From assembly GCA_964016885.1 (NCBI GenBank), contig OZ024758.1, forward strand, positions 27,590,001 to 27,654,000: 64,000 nucleotides of DNA, given 5' to 3'. This document shows, one piece after another, positions 51,589 to 64,000 of the stretch. Under the pieces are notes generated by a model, which worked only from the letters and a program-made list of their open reading frames with translations, had not been told where the DNA came from and ran no database searches. Source of the DNA: Eledone cirrhosa (lineage: Eukaryota). The position numbers were made by a program, and so were the translations under genes. Every line of letters begins with the position of its first letter. Within the stretch, counting starts at the first letter, position 1.

Positions 51589-52877
51589 CTGAAAATATAT
51601 ATTTAAATAGTTTATGCAACTTATGAAATGATAATATTTTGATACATATATTATATTACAAAGCTCAATTTGGTACCCTCGATAATTGTATCTGTTACCT
51701 GTGAAATGCAATGATTGGAAATTTAATACAACATTATCACAAGCAGCAAAATCAATTGGCAGGGGACCTAGGGGTACCTCCCCAGCAAGGTGGTTGGATA
51801 ACGTCCATGACATTGGCTGGTCTTGTTGGGGATCCAGCTGGATCAGTTGGAGACGGTTGCTACTTACAGGACCTTCAAGAAGGAGTGTTTAAGGACTTAG
51901 CCCCCATCTCAGGAATAAGTAGAAGAAGAAGATTATCACAAGAATTATTAATAATTTAATACAAAAACTATTTCAATTGTTTAGTAAAAAAAAAAATACA
52001 GTAAAATAAATTGAATATTTTCTATAGGTATGTCTTTTTCTCTTTAGTCAAGGGGGAAAAGACAATATCCAAGTCTCTTTATCTCCCTTTTTCAAGCCCT
52101 CTGAGACTGGTGGAAAGGAGGGAGGAAGTTATCTTCAAACTAGAAACTTAGCCTATATGCTTACAACAGGGTAAACTCCATTAACACCTCCTACCAGGTA
52201 ATGGTGTTAAACTGGGAGATGGACTAAATTTACTGGGGTAATTGCTGGCCTTGTGCAAAAAAGGTAGAAACAATTATTGTTTCTTTTATATTTTCTTTTG
52301 GCATGATTTGGATGAGATTTTCTGAGGTAGTGGTTTATGGCAGCACTTCGTGATACCAACTGATCTGCAGGACATAAACAACTATCACTGGTTTGCTATC
52401 CAAATAGTGTCAATGTGAAGCAGAGGTAAACTCACACACACACACACAGTTTCCAGCTACCAATTTCACTCGTGAAGCATCGATCAGCTCAAGGATATAG
52501 TGGAAACACTTTTCTAAAGTGCCACATGATGAGATTGAACCTAAAACCACATGGTTGTGAAGCAAACCTATTGAGCATGCAGCTATGCAAAAATAAATGT
52601 ACAATTACAGTTTCATAGAGTATATATATAACAAGATAATTGATGGTGATTAGTCCAAGATCAATGACTATTAAGCAGCCCTAGGTTCAAAGACGTTCGT
52701 CACATGACCACTCTACCTTTTTAGGAGTATCTAGGACTACATTGTTTAAAGTATCTTCCTTTTTTATGACAGCCTGACAAAATTTAAGGGAAATTTGGCT
52801 GCTCTTTCTAGTTAGTTAAACGACCATATAGTGGCTTCGTTTTTGCCTCAATAAATGAATGTTTCATGATCAGATGT

Positions 52878-53070
52878 AATAATTGTTTCTACTTTTGGCA
52901 CAAGGCCAGCAATTACCCCAGTCCATTACTGGTACTTTATTTTATCGACCCCATAAGGATGAAAGGCAAAGTTAACCTCGGCGAGATTTGAACTCAGAAC
53001 GCAAAGGGCTATAACTCTATGCTGCAAAGCATAACATCTGACCCTCTACCGATACTGCCAATTTACCGCC
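52878..53070 (-). mobile_element. SINE family B
   Basis: Matches family B consensus. Confidence 0.85.
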
Positions 53071-53611
53071 CTGAAGTAATAATAAACAACACACAATAAT
53101 AAATCCATGCCTCGCGAGTTGGAATGACTCTTCCAACGCATCTCCCTTACCATCATCCGGGGAAACGCCTTCTCCATCCTGTCCGCCGGGGCTGTGGGGG
53201 AGGGGGGGGGGGGGGGCAGCACGTGGGACCCCATTTGCTCACCATACGGATTAATAGGCAAAGTTATAAACTATTGTAAATAAACCTATTTAATACTTTT
53301 TTTTATAAAATAGGTTGTATGAAAGGAAAAACCATAACATAATATTTGAAAAAAGTAGATCGTAAGAAAATAAACAACACACGAGAGGGGGGGTGGGGGC
53401 GAGGGGTAGAAAAACAACAATGAAAATGAACTTATTTCTATGCTGTAATGATGAATGAAATAAAGCAGTAACAAATGAAATGAAATATTAAACAGTTCTA
53501 AAAATATACATTACAAAGAATAGATGCAGTACATTAACACTTCCATTGTATTTTGGCACAATTTAAAAAGATAAACAGTTTATAAACCACTGTGGAAAGG
53601 GTGAAGCAGTA

Positions 53612-53952
53612 AATAATTGTTTCTACGTTAGGCACAAGGCCATCAATTACCCAGTACATTACTGGTACTTTATTTTATCGACCCCGTAAGGATGAAAGGC
53701 AAAGTTAACCTCGGCGGGATTTGAACTCAGAATGGCAAGGGCCGTAACTCTACGCGTCAAAGCATGGCGTCCGACCCTCTACCGATTCTGCCAATCCATA
53801 CATAATTGTTTCTGCTTTTGGCACAAGGCCATCAATTACCCAGTACATTACTGGTACTTTATTTTATCGACCCCGTAAGGATGAAAGGCAAAGTTAACCT
53901 CAGCGGGATTTGAACTCAGACCGTAAAGGGACGTAACTATGCTGGAAAGCAT
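53612..53952 (-). mobile_element. SINE family B tandem dimer
   Basis: Two units. Confidence 0.85.
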
Positions 53953-54969
53953 CGAAAAACTAGTAATATTTTTAAGGTATAATCTTTGGAATGTTACAAA
54001 CTCCAATTTCTAAATCAACAGCATATTTTGATTAAAATATACTGTTTCATGTTGAAGGTTTTGAGGCGAATAATCCATTTCCTCAACATAAAGCAATTTC
54101 TTTTTCTGCAAGAAACAGCTTTTCCAATATTAAGTGAAGTATGGATGGAGGGCCCTGTAATTTGGAGAGGAGTATTAGGGGTGTTGTATTGACATATGGC
54201 GTTTCTAGGGCATTTTTAAACCTGGCAGAGGTTTAAACCTTTCCAGGTTTGAACTTAACAGATTTCTTCCAGAGAAGGATAGAGAGTGAAAGAATTGAAG
54301 TGAGGAAGAGACATAGAAGAAGAATTGACCCCAGTACTAGACTGGTATTTTTATTTATTTATTTATTTATTTTTTTTTTTTTATCGGACTTGGAATGGAT
54401 GAAAGGCGAGATTTAAACTCAGAGAGCCGAAACAAATGCCACAAAGCATTCTATCTGACATTCTATCAACTCTACCAATTTGCCACCTATTATAAAGTAT
54501 ATGCCAACCTAATTCTCTGAGAAGCAAGCCATCATTTAAATCGTAATACATCTTCAGTTGCCCTTTATATGCTTGTACAATGGCTTGCAACAAAGAAAAG
54601 GGAATACATCAGAAGGATTTACAAAAGATTTTGCTTCAGTTATTGGAGATATTTACTGTTAATCAGTATTTTCTGTTTTCTCTTCTTGCTGTTTCTAATT
54701 CCAAATACTACAGATAACAGCCAGCATTACATTTCCTATAGAAATTACTTTGATAATGGCAATAATAAAGAAGATATTAATCAATTACAGCTGTCAATCA
54801 ATCAATAAAGAAATAGAGAAAATACTAATGACTTCTTATTAGCCATCAAATCTGATAAGCCTGCAATAGCAGTAGATGTGTTAATGGTAGCATGTGATAG
54901 TGTATCATTCATTTAGTTATCAATTTAGATAAACTAAAATCATTGTTTTCCAATAGTTTTTTTTACTTA

Positions 54970-55260
54970 ACCCTGTTGGGCAAGATCGGATTGTCGGTGG
55001 TCCATCTGAGGAAGGAGCCCCGTGAGGTGGGGTGGTTGTTGCAGCGGGTGTCGCTGTCCATTGTCCACAGAAAGGCTTTTGCGGTCTTGTCCAAAGGGTA
55101 CAGCCTTTTTACCGCTGCACCCTAGGCCCAGAGCCCAATCATTCTCCCCCTCCCCATTCTTCTGTGACACTAGAGTCCTTTTTTCTCTATATTTTCCTAT
55201 TTACATTCCATTCTTCTCAATCTAAATTTTCTTTTTATTCTTTTTCTATTAAACTCTATT
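54970..55260 (+). mobile_element. CRE/NeSL-like LINE 3' fragment
   Basis: EPREVGWLLQRVSLSIVHRKAFAVL resembles the QRxSxAIQRGNA C-terminus of restriction-like-endonuclease LINEs. Confidence 0.5.
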
Positions 55261-55376
55261 TACATGATATATTCCATAGATAAAGTTTCTTAGATAATTT
55301 GCTTCTTATTGTGAAATATTCAAAATAAGTATTTATTCACAGTTTGGATTATATTGAAAATATAAATAAAATTTAA

Positions 55377-56103
55377 CCCTTTAACATTCACATTACTCTA
55401 TATATACTATTATATTTTCATGGTAAAGTCTTTACCTCACATAATATCTCACATAACATTCACATTACTCTATATATACTATTATATTTTCATGGTAAAG
55501 GCTTTACCTCACATAATTATCTCACATAACATTCACATTACTCTATATATACTATTATATTTTCATGGTAAAGGCTTTACCTCACATAATATCTCACATA
55601 ACATTCACATTACTCTATATATACTATTATATTTTCATGGTAAAGGCTTTACCTCACATAATATCTCACATAACATTCACATTACTCTATATTTACTATT
55701 ATATTTTCATGGTAAAGGCTTTACCTCACATAATTACCTCACATAACATTCACATTACTCTATATATACTATTATATTTTCATGGTAAAGGCTTTACCTC
55801 ACATAATTACCTCACATAACATTCACATTACTCTATATATACTATTATATTTTCATGGTAAAGTCTTTACCTCACATAATATCTCACATAACATTCACAT
55901 TACTCCATATATACTATTATATTTTCATGGTAAATGCTTTATCTCACATAAATATCTCACATAATATCGAATCTATGAGATTTTGAAAGTATTTATTTTG
56001 AGAACAATACCTTAACATCAGTTTGAGTGACCAGTTACAGCCAGTTTCAACAGAAAGCGGTAGAGAATTCTGGCCGGTTTTGGCCAGTTTGAACATTAAA
56101 GGG
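55377..56103. mobile_element. piggyBac-like MITE with an internal 72-73-bp tandem array (8 copies, 55383-55965)
   Basis: TTAA|CCCTTTAAC start, AAAGGG end; remainder is the reverse complement of the 10245-10465 body. Confidence 0.8.
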
Positions 56104-57138
56104 TTATTAAGATGAAACAACTATAACAGTAGTATTCTTTTCTATTCTCTAGCTATACTACTAAACCCATGCTAGCGTGGAAGATAGACGTTAAACGATG
56201 ATGATGATGATGATGATACTAATGCCAAATCAGATACCATAACAATCTCAAATTAAAATATGATTATTTTGTTTGTATGTTTTTTGTATGTTTTTCTTTT
56301 TTCCTATTTTCTTTAAATGTATGAAAAACCTCATTAATATCATCATCATCGTTTAATGTCTATTTTCCGTGGGTTAGATGGGTTGTCCCATTTGAAGCAA
56401 GTTGGATCAGGTGACCGTGTCTCACTCATATAGAACTGTTTGTAGCTAAATGTCTACAGCTGAATGTCCTTCCTAATGCCAACCCCATTTACAGTGTGTG
56501 CTGGGTGCGTTTTGTTGTGACACCTACACAACCACTTTACAGTGTGTGCTGGGTGCTTTTTGTTGTGACACCTACACAACCACTTTACAGTGTGTGCTGG
56601 GTGCTTTTTGTTGCGAAACCTACACGACCACTTTACAGTGTGGACTGGGTACTTATTGTTTGTGACACTTACACGACCACTTTACAGTGTGGACTGGGTG
56701 CTTTTTGTCGTGACACCTACATGACCACATACAGTGTGGGCTGGATGCTTTATGTCGTGACACCTACACAACCACTTTACAGTGTGGGCTGGGTGATATA
56801 TGGATATTTAAACATCACTATATTCAAAAATTCTTACACAAAACTCTTTTACTAAAATTAACAAATTCCAATTACCATATATATTCAAATATAAGCTAAG
56901 GAATATGTGACCAAAAAATCTATGGTAGAAGGGTGTCAGATTATATTCAGGGTCAATATTTTGATGATTTTCATCAACTTCAAATCCATTGTGAATAAGG
57001 TTTCGACTGACCATTTCTTAAACATAAAATATGGGGTCTTTTTATATTCATACCGGCTTATATTCGAGTATATACGGTAATTATTTTATATGATGTATAT
57101 GTATACAATATTGATTTTACATTGGTATTATCTTCAAA

Positions 57139-57466
57139 TCATCATCATCATTTTACATCCGCTTTTCCCTGCTTGAAAGGGTTGGACGGGAACTGATTCT
57201 GGCTTGATTTCTACAGCTGGATGCCCTTCCTAACACCAACCTCATTTACAGTGAGTGCTGGGTGCTTTTTTGGCACCTCCACGACCACTTTACAGTGGAA
57301 TGATAGGGACCCTAGTCCCTATCATCTCATTTCTACAGCTGAGTAAACTGGAGCAATGTGAAATAAAGTGTCTTGCTCAAGGAAACAACACATCACCCGG
57401 TCTGAGAATTGAACTCACAACCTTTCGATTGCAAGCCCAATGTTCTGACCATTAAGCCATGTGCCT
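57139..57466 (-). mobile_element. SINE family A flanked by a 73-bp direct duplication
   Basis: 57067-57139 equals 57467-57539. Confidence 0.88.
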
Positions 57467-57651
57467 AGTATATACGGTAATTATTTTATATGATGTATAT
57501 GTATACAATATTGATTTTACATTGGTATTATCTTCAAATATATGCGAAAAATTAAAAAAAAAGAATCAGATTCTATCAATCTCATTATAGACAGTAAATT
57601 AGTAAAAGCAATTCAGACTTTCTTTTAATATATTATTCTTTTATAACATTT

Positions 57652-58997
57652 GTATAGCATTTTACTACTACATCTATATAGTATTTTACTAATACATTAT
57701 ATAGTATTTTACTACATCTATATAGTATTTTACTACTACATCTATATAATATTTTACTACTACAACTATATAGTATTTTACTACTACATCTATATAGTAT
57801 TTTACTACATCTATATAGTATTTTACTACTACATTTATATAGTATTTTACTACTACATCTATATAGTATTTTACTACTACATCTATATAGTATTTTACTA
57901 CTACATCTATATAGTATTTTACTACATCTATATAGTATTTTACTACTACATCTATATAGTATTTTACTACATCTATATAGTATTTTACTACTACATCTAT
58001 ATAGTATTTTACTACATCTATATAGTATTTTACTACATCTATATATTATTTTACTACATCTATATAGTATTTTACTATATCAATATAGTATTTTACTATA
58101 TCTATATATTATTTTACTACATCTATATAGTATTTTACTACTACATCTATATAGTATTTTACTACATCTATATAGTATTTTACTACATCTATATAGTATT
58201 TTACTACTACATCTATATAGTATTTTACTACTACATCTATATAGTATTTTACTACATCTATATAGTATTTTACTACATCTATATAGTATTTTACTACATC
58301 TATATAGTATTTTACATCTATATAGTATTTTACTACATCTATATAGAATTTTCCTACTACATCTATATAGTATTTTACTACTACATCTATATAGTATTTT
58401 ACTACTACATCTATATAGTATTTTACTACATCTATATTGTATTTTACTACTACATCTATATAGTATTTTACTACTACATCTATATAGTATTTTACGACAT
58501 CTGTATAGTATTTTACTACATCTATATAGCATTTTACAACATCTGTATAGTATTTTACGACATCTGTATAGTATTTTACTACATCTATATAGTATTTTAC
58601 TACATCTGTATAGTATTTTACTACTACATCTATATAGTATTTTACTACTACATCTATATAGTATTTTACAACATCTGTATAGTATTTTACTACATCTGTA
58701 TAGTATTTTACTACATCTGTATAGTATTTTACTACTACATCTATATAGTATTTTACTACTACATCTATATAGTATTTTACTACATCTATATAGTATTTTA
58801 CAACATCTGTATAGTATTTTACTACATCTGTATAGTATTTTACTACATCTGTATAGTATTTTACTACTACATCTATATAGTATTTTACTACTACATCTAT
58901 ATAGTATTTTACTACTACATCTATATAGTATTTTACTACTACATCTATATAGTATTTTACTACTACATCTGTATAGTATTTTACTACTACATCTATA
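57652..58997. repeat. 21/24-bp minisatellite, about 60 copies
   Basis: Unit tatagtattttactac(tac)atcta. Confidence 0.97.
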
Positions 58998-59701
58998 GTT
59001 CTTATTGTTAGCCAACATATGTCAGATAATGACAGTAAAGAAGAAAGTAAAAGATTTTTTTCCCCCCCAATTCATTATCCATTCAATATTTGCTAACATG
59101 TTTCTGGAAGCTGAGAGCATTCATTTTGGATAAATTACGCAAGTTCCATCGATTCAACATTCAGTTCAATATCTAAATAATCGGTCAATGTAGTCTTTTT
59201 TTAAATTCAAGAACCTCTTCTAATTTCCTCTATCTTCTTTCCGTGTGTGTGAAACACAAATTGTTGCTTTTAGTATGAAAAAAAAAAAAATACAACTTTT
59301 CTAATGCAACTTCAAACATACATACACATTTTTATTAGCTAAGTATAAAGCTTTAAGAACAAACTTAAAAAACAAAACATCTGACTGAGTTAAATGCATT
59401 TATGTTATTCTAGCTATTAATCAATAAAAATTCAATGCTCATCAGGAAATTCTGTCTCTATTATCAGCTGCAGCAACTTAATTGGCAGATCTTAAATAAA
59501 GCATAGGCTGGTTCATTTTTATAAAATCAGACCTCACAATATCATCTCATAACTTCTTTGGTCTGCTCCTGCTTTGCATTCCCAATGCTGACCTTTTCCT
59601 CATCCATCCGATTATATATTATACATGCACCTTTGATGAGTTGTAGTGCACCTGAGCACTGTACGCAATAATTTCATCATCATTATTATTATTATTATAT
59701 A

Positions 59702-60135
59702 AGGGCGGTGGATTGGCAGTATCGGTAGAGGGTCGGACGTCATGCCTTCCAGCATAGTTACGTCCCTTTACGATCTGAGTTCAAATCCCGCCGAGGTTGA
59801 CTTTGCCTTTCATCCTTACGGGATCGATAAAATAAAGTGCCAGTAATGCACTGGGTAATTGCTGGCCTTGTGCCTAAAGTAGAAACAATTATTATTATTA
59901 TTATTATTATTATAGGATGGTGGATTGGCAGCATTGGTAGAGGGTCGGACGCCATGCTATGCAGAATAGAGTTACGGCCCTTTACGGTCTGAGTTCAAAT
60001 CCCGCCGAGGTTAACTTTGCCTTTCATCCTTTTGGGGTCAATAAAATAAAGTACCAGTCACGCGCTGGGGTCGATTTAATCGACTTTCCCCTCCCCCAAA
60101 ATTACTGGCCTTGTACCTATATGAGAAACCATTAT
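59702..60135 (+). mobile_element. SINE family B tandem pair, followed by an RTE tail (60165-60399)
   Basis: Two B units with (TAT)n tails. Confidence 0.85.
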
Positions 60136-60846
60136 TATTATTATTATTATTATACAGTGAAACAGAAAAGCACCCAGTCCACACTGTAAGGTGGTCGTGT
60201 AGGTGCCACGGTAAAAAGGCACCCAGCACTCACTGTAAATGAGGTTGGTGTTAGGAAGGGCATCCAGCTGTAGAAATCAAGCCAGAATCAGTTCTGTATG
60301 AGCAAGACATGGTCACACCTGACCTGGCATTGCCCACAACAGGACAACCCGTCTAACCCATGCTAGCATGGAAGAACGGACGTAAAACGGTGATGATGAT
60401 ACAGATGATAAACCATTTCAGGTGACAAATAATGACTTGAGTAACGAACATGCAAGCTGGCGACAACGGTTGGCGACAAGCTGGGAGTATTGACAGTAAA
60501 GCATCACTTGCTGTGTAGTCAGTTACTAAGGTGATATCTATCTGTCTTCCACTCACTGTCTCTCTGTCTCTCACTGTGTTTCTCTCTCAACATTTCATAT
60601 GGGAAAAATAGTTTCGGTTTTCAAACATTTCGAGTGATGAAGGGCCTTCAGAAACGAATTAAGTTTGTGAACCGAGGTTCCACTGTACTATCAATGAAGA
60701 TAAGCTCTGCTTGGCCAATATCTTTGATACTTTGTTCCCTTTCTCAACACACAGGTGAGTTGTTGGAGTCAGTAGTTGGGTAGTTACCACTACACCCTCT
60801 AATGTTATCTCTCCTAGGTATCTCATCCTAACAGAGCCTTCTTCTG

Positions 60847-62015
60847 GTGCTACCAGCCACCACCTCTCCACAACATGTAGCTACCACTGCCCATCTCCCA
60901 TTGTGCTACCAGCCACCACCTCTCCACAACATGTAGCTACCACTGCCCACCTCCCATTGTGCAACCGGCCACCACCTCTCCACAACATGTAGCTACCACT
61001 GCCCACCTCCCAACATCATGTAGCTACCACTGCCCACCTCCCATTGTGTTACCAACCACCACCTCTCCACACCATGTAGATACCACTGCCCACCTCCCAT
61101 TGTGCTACCAGCCACCACCTCTCCACAACATGTAGATACCACTGACCACCTCCCATTGTGCTACCAGCCACCACCTCTCCACAACATGTAGCTACCACTG
61201 CCCACCTCCCCACAACATGTAGCTACCACTGCCCACCTCCCATTGTGCTACCAGCCACCACCTCTCCACACCATGTAGCTACCACTGCCCACCTCCCATT
61301 GTGCTACCAGACACCACCTCTCCACAACATGTAGATACCACTGACCACCTTCCATTGTGCTACCAGCCACCACCTCTCCACAACATGTAGCTACCACTGC
61401 CCACCTCCCATTGTGCTACCAGCCACCACCTCTCCACACCATGTAGCTACCACTGCCCACCTCCCATTGTGCTACCAGCCACCACCTCTCCACAACATGT
61501 AGCTACCACTGCCCACTTCCCATTGTGCTACCAGCCACCACCTCTCCACACCATGTAGCTACCACTGTCCACCTCCCATTGCGCTACCAGCCACCACCTC
61601 TCCACAACATGTAGCTACCACTGCCCACCTCCCATTGTGCTACCAGCCACCACCTCTCCACAACATGTAGCTACCACTGCCCACTTCCCATTGTGCTACC
61701 AGCCACCACCTCTCCACACCATGTAGCTACCACTGTCCACCTCCCATTGCGCTACCAGCCACCACCTCTCCACAACATGTAGCTACCACTGCCCACCTCC
61801 CATTGTGCTACCAGCCACCACCTCTCCACAACATGTAGCTACCACTGCCCACTTCCCATTGTGCTACCAGCCACCACCTCTCCACACCATGTAGCTACCA
61901 CTGTCCACCTCCCATTGCGCTACCAGCCACCACCTCTCCACAACATGTAGCTACCACTGACCACCTCCCATTGTGCTACCAGCCACCACCTCTCCACAAC
62001 ATGTAGCTACCACTG
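60847..62015. repeat. 56-bp C-rich minisatellite, about 21 copies
   Basis: Unit gtgctaccagccaccacctctccacaacatgtagctaccactgcccacctcccatt. Confidence 0.96.
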
Positions 62016-62358
62016 TCCCCGCCTCCAATGTTTTCTCTCCTAGGTATCCCACTCTCAACAGTTCCTCTTCCATCATACTCTCACTGCCTTCTCCCATTAC
62101 AATCACCTCTACTCCTTTTTCCTCCAGACATAGAAGCCATAACAAAAATGTAATGTATAACCATGGAAAACAGACATACAATGATTATGATGTTGTAATG
62201 ACTTTTAACAAATTTTTGATTCATTATGTAATTTTTTTTTTTAAATGAAGAGAAAATCTATACAAAAAAAAAGAAATGATTTTAATGTTATTAGAAATTT
62301 AAATATTTTTTAATATTTAAATTTTTAAGAAAATAATTAAGAAAAAATATCTACTTAC

Positions 62359-62490
62359 CTTCACATAACATATCTGGAACAGGGGGACAAATAAGTTGCT
62401 TAAATGTCTCCTGGTCAAACCGACCAGATTTGGATTTTTCCTTGAGGTCCCAGTAACATTTTTCGAGTTCATTAATATCAGTCTCTTCCA
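62359..62490 (-). CDS. USP32: USP32 exon (EETDINELEKCYWDLKEKSKSGRFDQETFKQLICPPVPDMLCE)
   Basis: 132 nt, tttgtag acceptor, GTAAGT donor; resembles USP32 EESDIIDLEKRYW...GRFDLETF. Confidence 0.92.
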
Positions 62491-62621
62491 CTACAAAGTA
62501 AAAATTACATAAATTAATTGAAACAGACGAGTTGAGAGAGAAACTGTGTATAAGAGGAATAAGCTGTAGTGTGCAGAAGACTATGTTGGTATGGCCATGT
62601 GATGTGCAGGGACGATGACCG

Positions 62622-62832
62622 CTAGCCATATCTAGGTGATATAATAGCCAATGTCTAGGTGATATGATAGCCATATCTAGGTGATATAATAGCCAATGTC
62701 TAGGTGATATAATAGCCAATGTCTAGGTGATATGATAGCCAATGTCTAGGTGATATGATAGCCATATCTAGGTGATATAATAGCCAATATTTAGGTGATA
62801 TGATAGCCATATCTAGGTGATATGGTAGTCAT
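62622..62832. repeat. 22-23-bp tandem repeat, about 9 copies, following an RTE scrap (62530-62620)
   Basis: Unit tagcca(t/a)atctaggtgatat(a/g)a; upstream RGISCSVQ..WYGHVM-like sequence. Confidence 0.85.
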
Positions 62833-63424
62833 ATGACAGCTAATAAACCAATTTTTAGTCTCTATTCCTGATTATGTTGATTGTGATAAGCCAAGTTAAC
62901 AGTAAATAGTTATTTTGGCTCTTGAGATTGCCCTCGTTTAGATTACTACTGTTGTAGTAATCTACATTAATTCCCATAGAATTGCCCATTTTTGCATATC
63001 TCTTCTCTTCTCTTCCTCTTCGCCCACTTAATCCTGGAAAGGTTGTTGGGGCAGAGTATTCAGGTGCACCTTCCAGAGGGTCCTATCAGAAGCAACTGCC
63101 TCCAAATGATCCAGATGATCACCAAGTGTGACTAAGCTTATGGATGTTATCCAACCATCTTGCTCGTGGTCGGTCTCTGGGCCTTCTCTAAGTTGGCTTT
63201 GCTCAGGAAATCTGTCCAGTGATTCATTTTTTAGGCATTCTAACCATATGTCGTTAGTAACAGAGATGTGATCTCTCGAGGCAGTGAAGTAGTGGCTCTA
63301 CCTGGAGCAACTCCATGATCTCCAAGCTACGTAAACTATTAAGTAACATTACTCCAAAGACCCTTCAGAGGAACCCCATTTTAAATCAATTTAAAAACTA
63401 CGTTAGTTATGTGATAAGGGTATA

Positions 63425-63850
63425 GGGTGGTGGAATGGCTGCTGTACCAGTAGAGCGTTGGACAACATGCTTTGTGGCATATAGTTACGTCCCTTTACAT
63501 TCTGAGTTCAAATCCTGTCTAGGTTACCTTTACCTTTCTTCCTTGTGAAGTCAATAAAATAAAGTACCAGTAATGCACTGGGGTTGATTTAATCAACTTT
63601 CCTCTTCCCTTCAAATTTCTGGCCTTGTGCCAAAAGTAGAAACAATTATTATAATCAGTAGCAGATTAGTTGAGTCATTAGAGCATCAGACAAAATACTT
63701 TGTGGCATTTGTTTCAAGCCCGTACGTTCTGAGTTCAAATCCTGCCATGGTCAAGTTTGTCTTTCATCCTTCTGGGGTCAATAAAATAAAATACCAGTAA
63801 AATACTGAAGTCAATACATTTGACTCTCCCCTCCACACAAATTGTTAGCT
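63425..63850 (+). mobile_element. SINE family B, two older copies
   Basis: Diverged B consensus. Confidence 0.7.
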
Positions 63851-63957
63851 TTATGTATAAATTACAAATCCTTATTATAATTAGTGCTTGGAGAGAAAGA
63901 GTGCAATGCAGGAGAAGAGGGCAAACACTTTGTAAATGCAAGCTCCAATTTTCTTAA

Positions 63958-64000
63958 CCCTTCAGCATTTATACTGGCCATAACTGGCTGCTCATACTGA
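63958..64000. mobile_element. piggyBac-like MITE, left end
   Basis: TTAA|CCCTTCAGCATTT; truncated by the window edge. Confidence 0.65.

Noticed and set aside
57650-59018. 453-aa and 312-aa ORFs
   Set aside because: 21/24-bp minisatellite with unit lengths divisible by 3
60632-60668. Hammerhead-like GTGATGA...GAAAC...GTT
   Set aside because: Invariant C3 missing and stems I and II weak; at best a decayed relic

Overview
This is AT-rich, repeat-dense eukaryotic (animal) DNA, not prokaryotic. The tRNA-SINE and RTE repeat landscape looks like a coleoid cephalopod, probably an octopus; that assignment is inference from repeat recognition. The whole window lies inside one minus-strand gene, USP32 (ubiquitin carboxyl-terminal hydrolase 32). 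I traced 18 consecutive GT-AG exons from 62490 down to 6314 (2292 nt, about 764 codons, all phases compatible). They cover the EF-hand region, DUSP domain, UBL-like region and the first half of the USP catalytic domain including the Cys box. The 5' and 3' ends of the gene lie outside the window. The introns contain three tRNA-derived SINE groups, RTE, CR1, Tx1/L1-like, CRE-like and Vingi-like LINE fragments, Helitrons, piggyBac-, pogo- and mariner-like MITEs, a Gypsy integrase relic and many tandem arrays. Almost all long ORFs in the supplied track are repeat artefacts. Most notable: (1) several fold-back hairpin elements in TA microsatellites carrying minimal hammerhead-ribozyme cores (Penelope-like); (2) a young non-coding LTR element with tRNA-Trp PBS, TG..TA ends and U5-restricted LTR divergence, nested in one such palindrome; (3) repeated birth of minisatellites from short segments inside transposons; (4) a visible LINE-SINE partnership with modular tail swapping. 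Repeat boundaries are read by eye and approximate.
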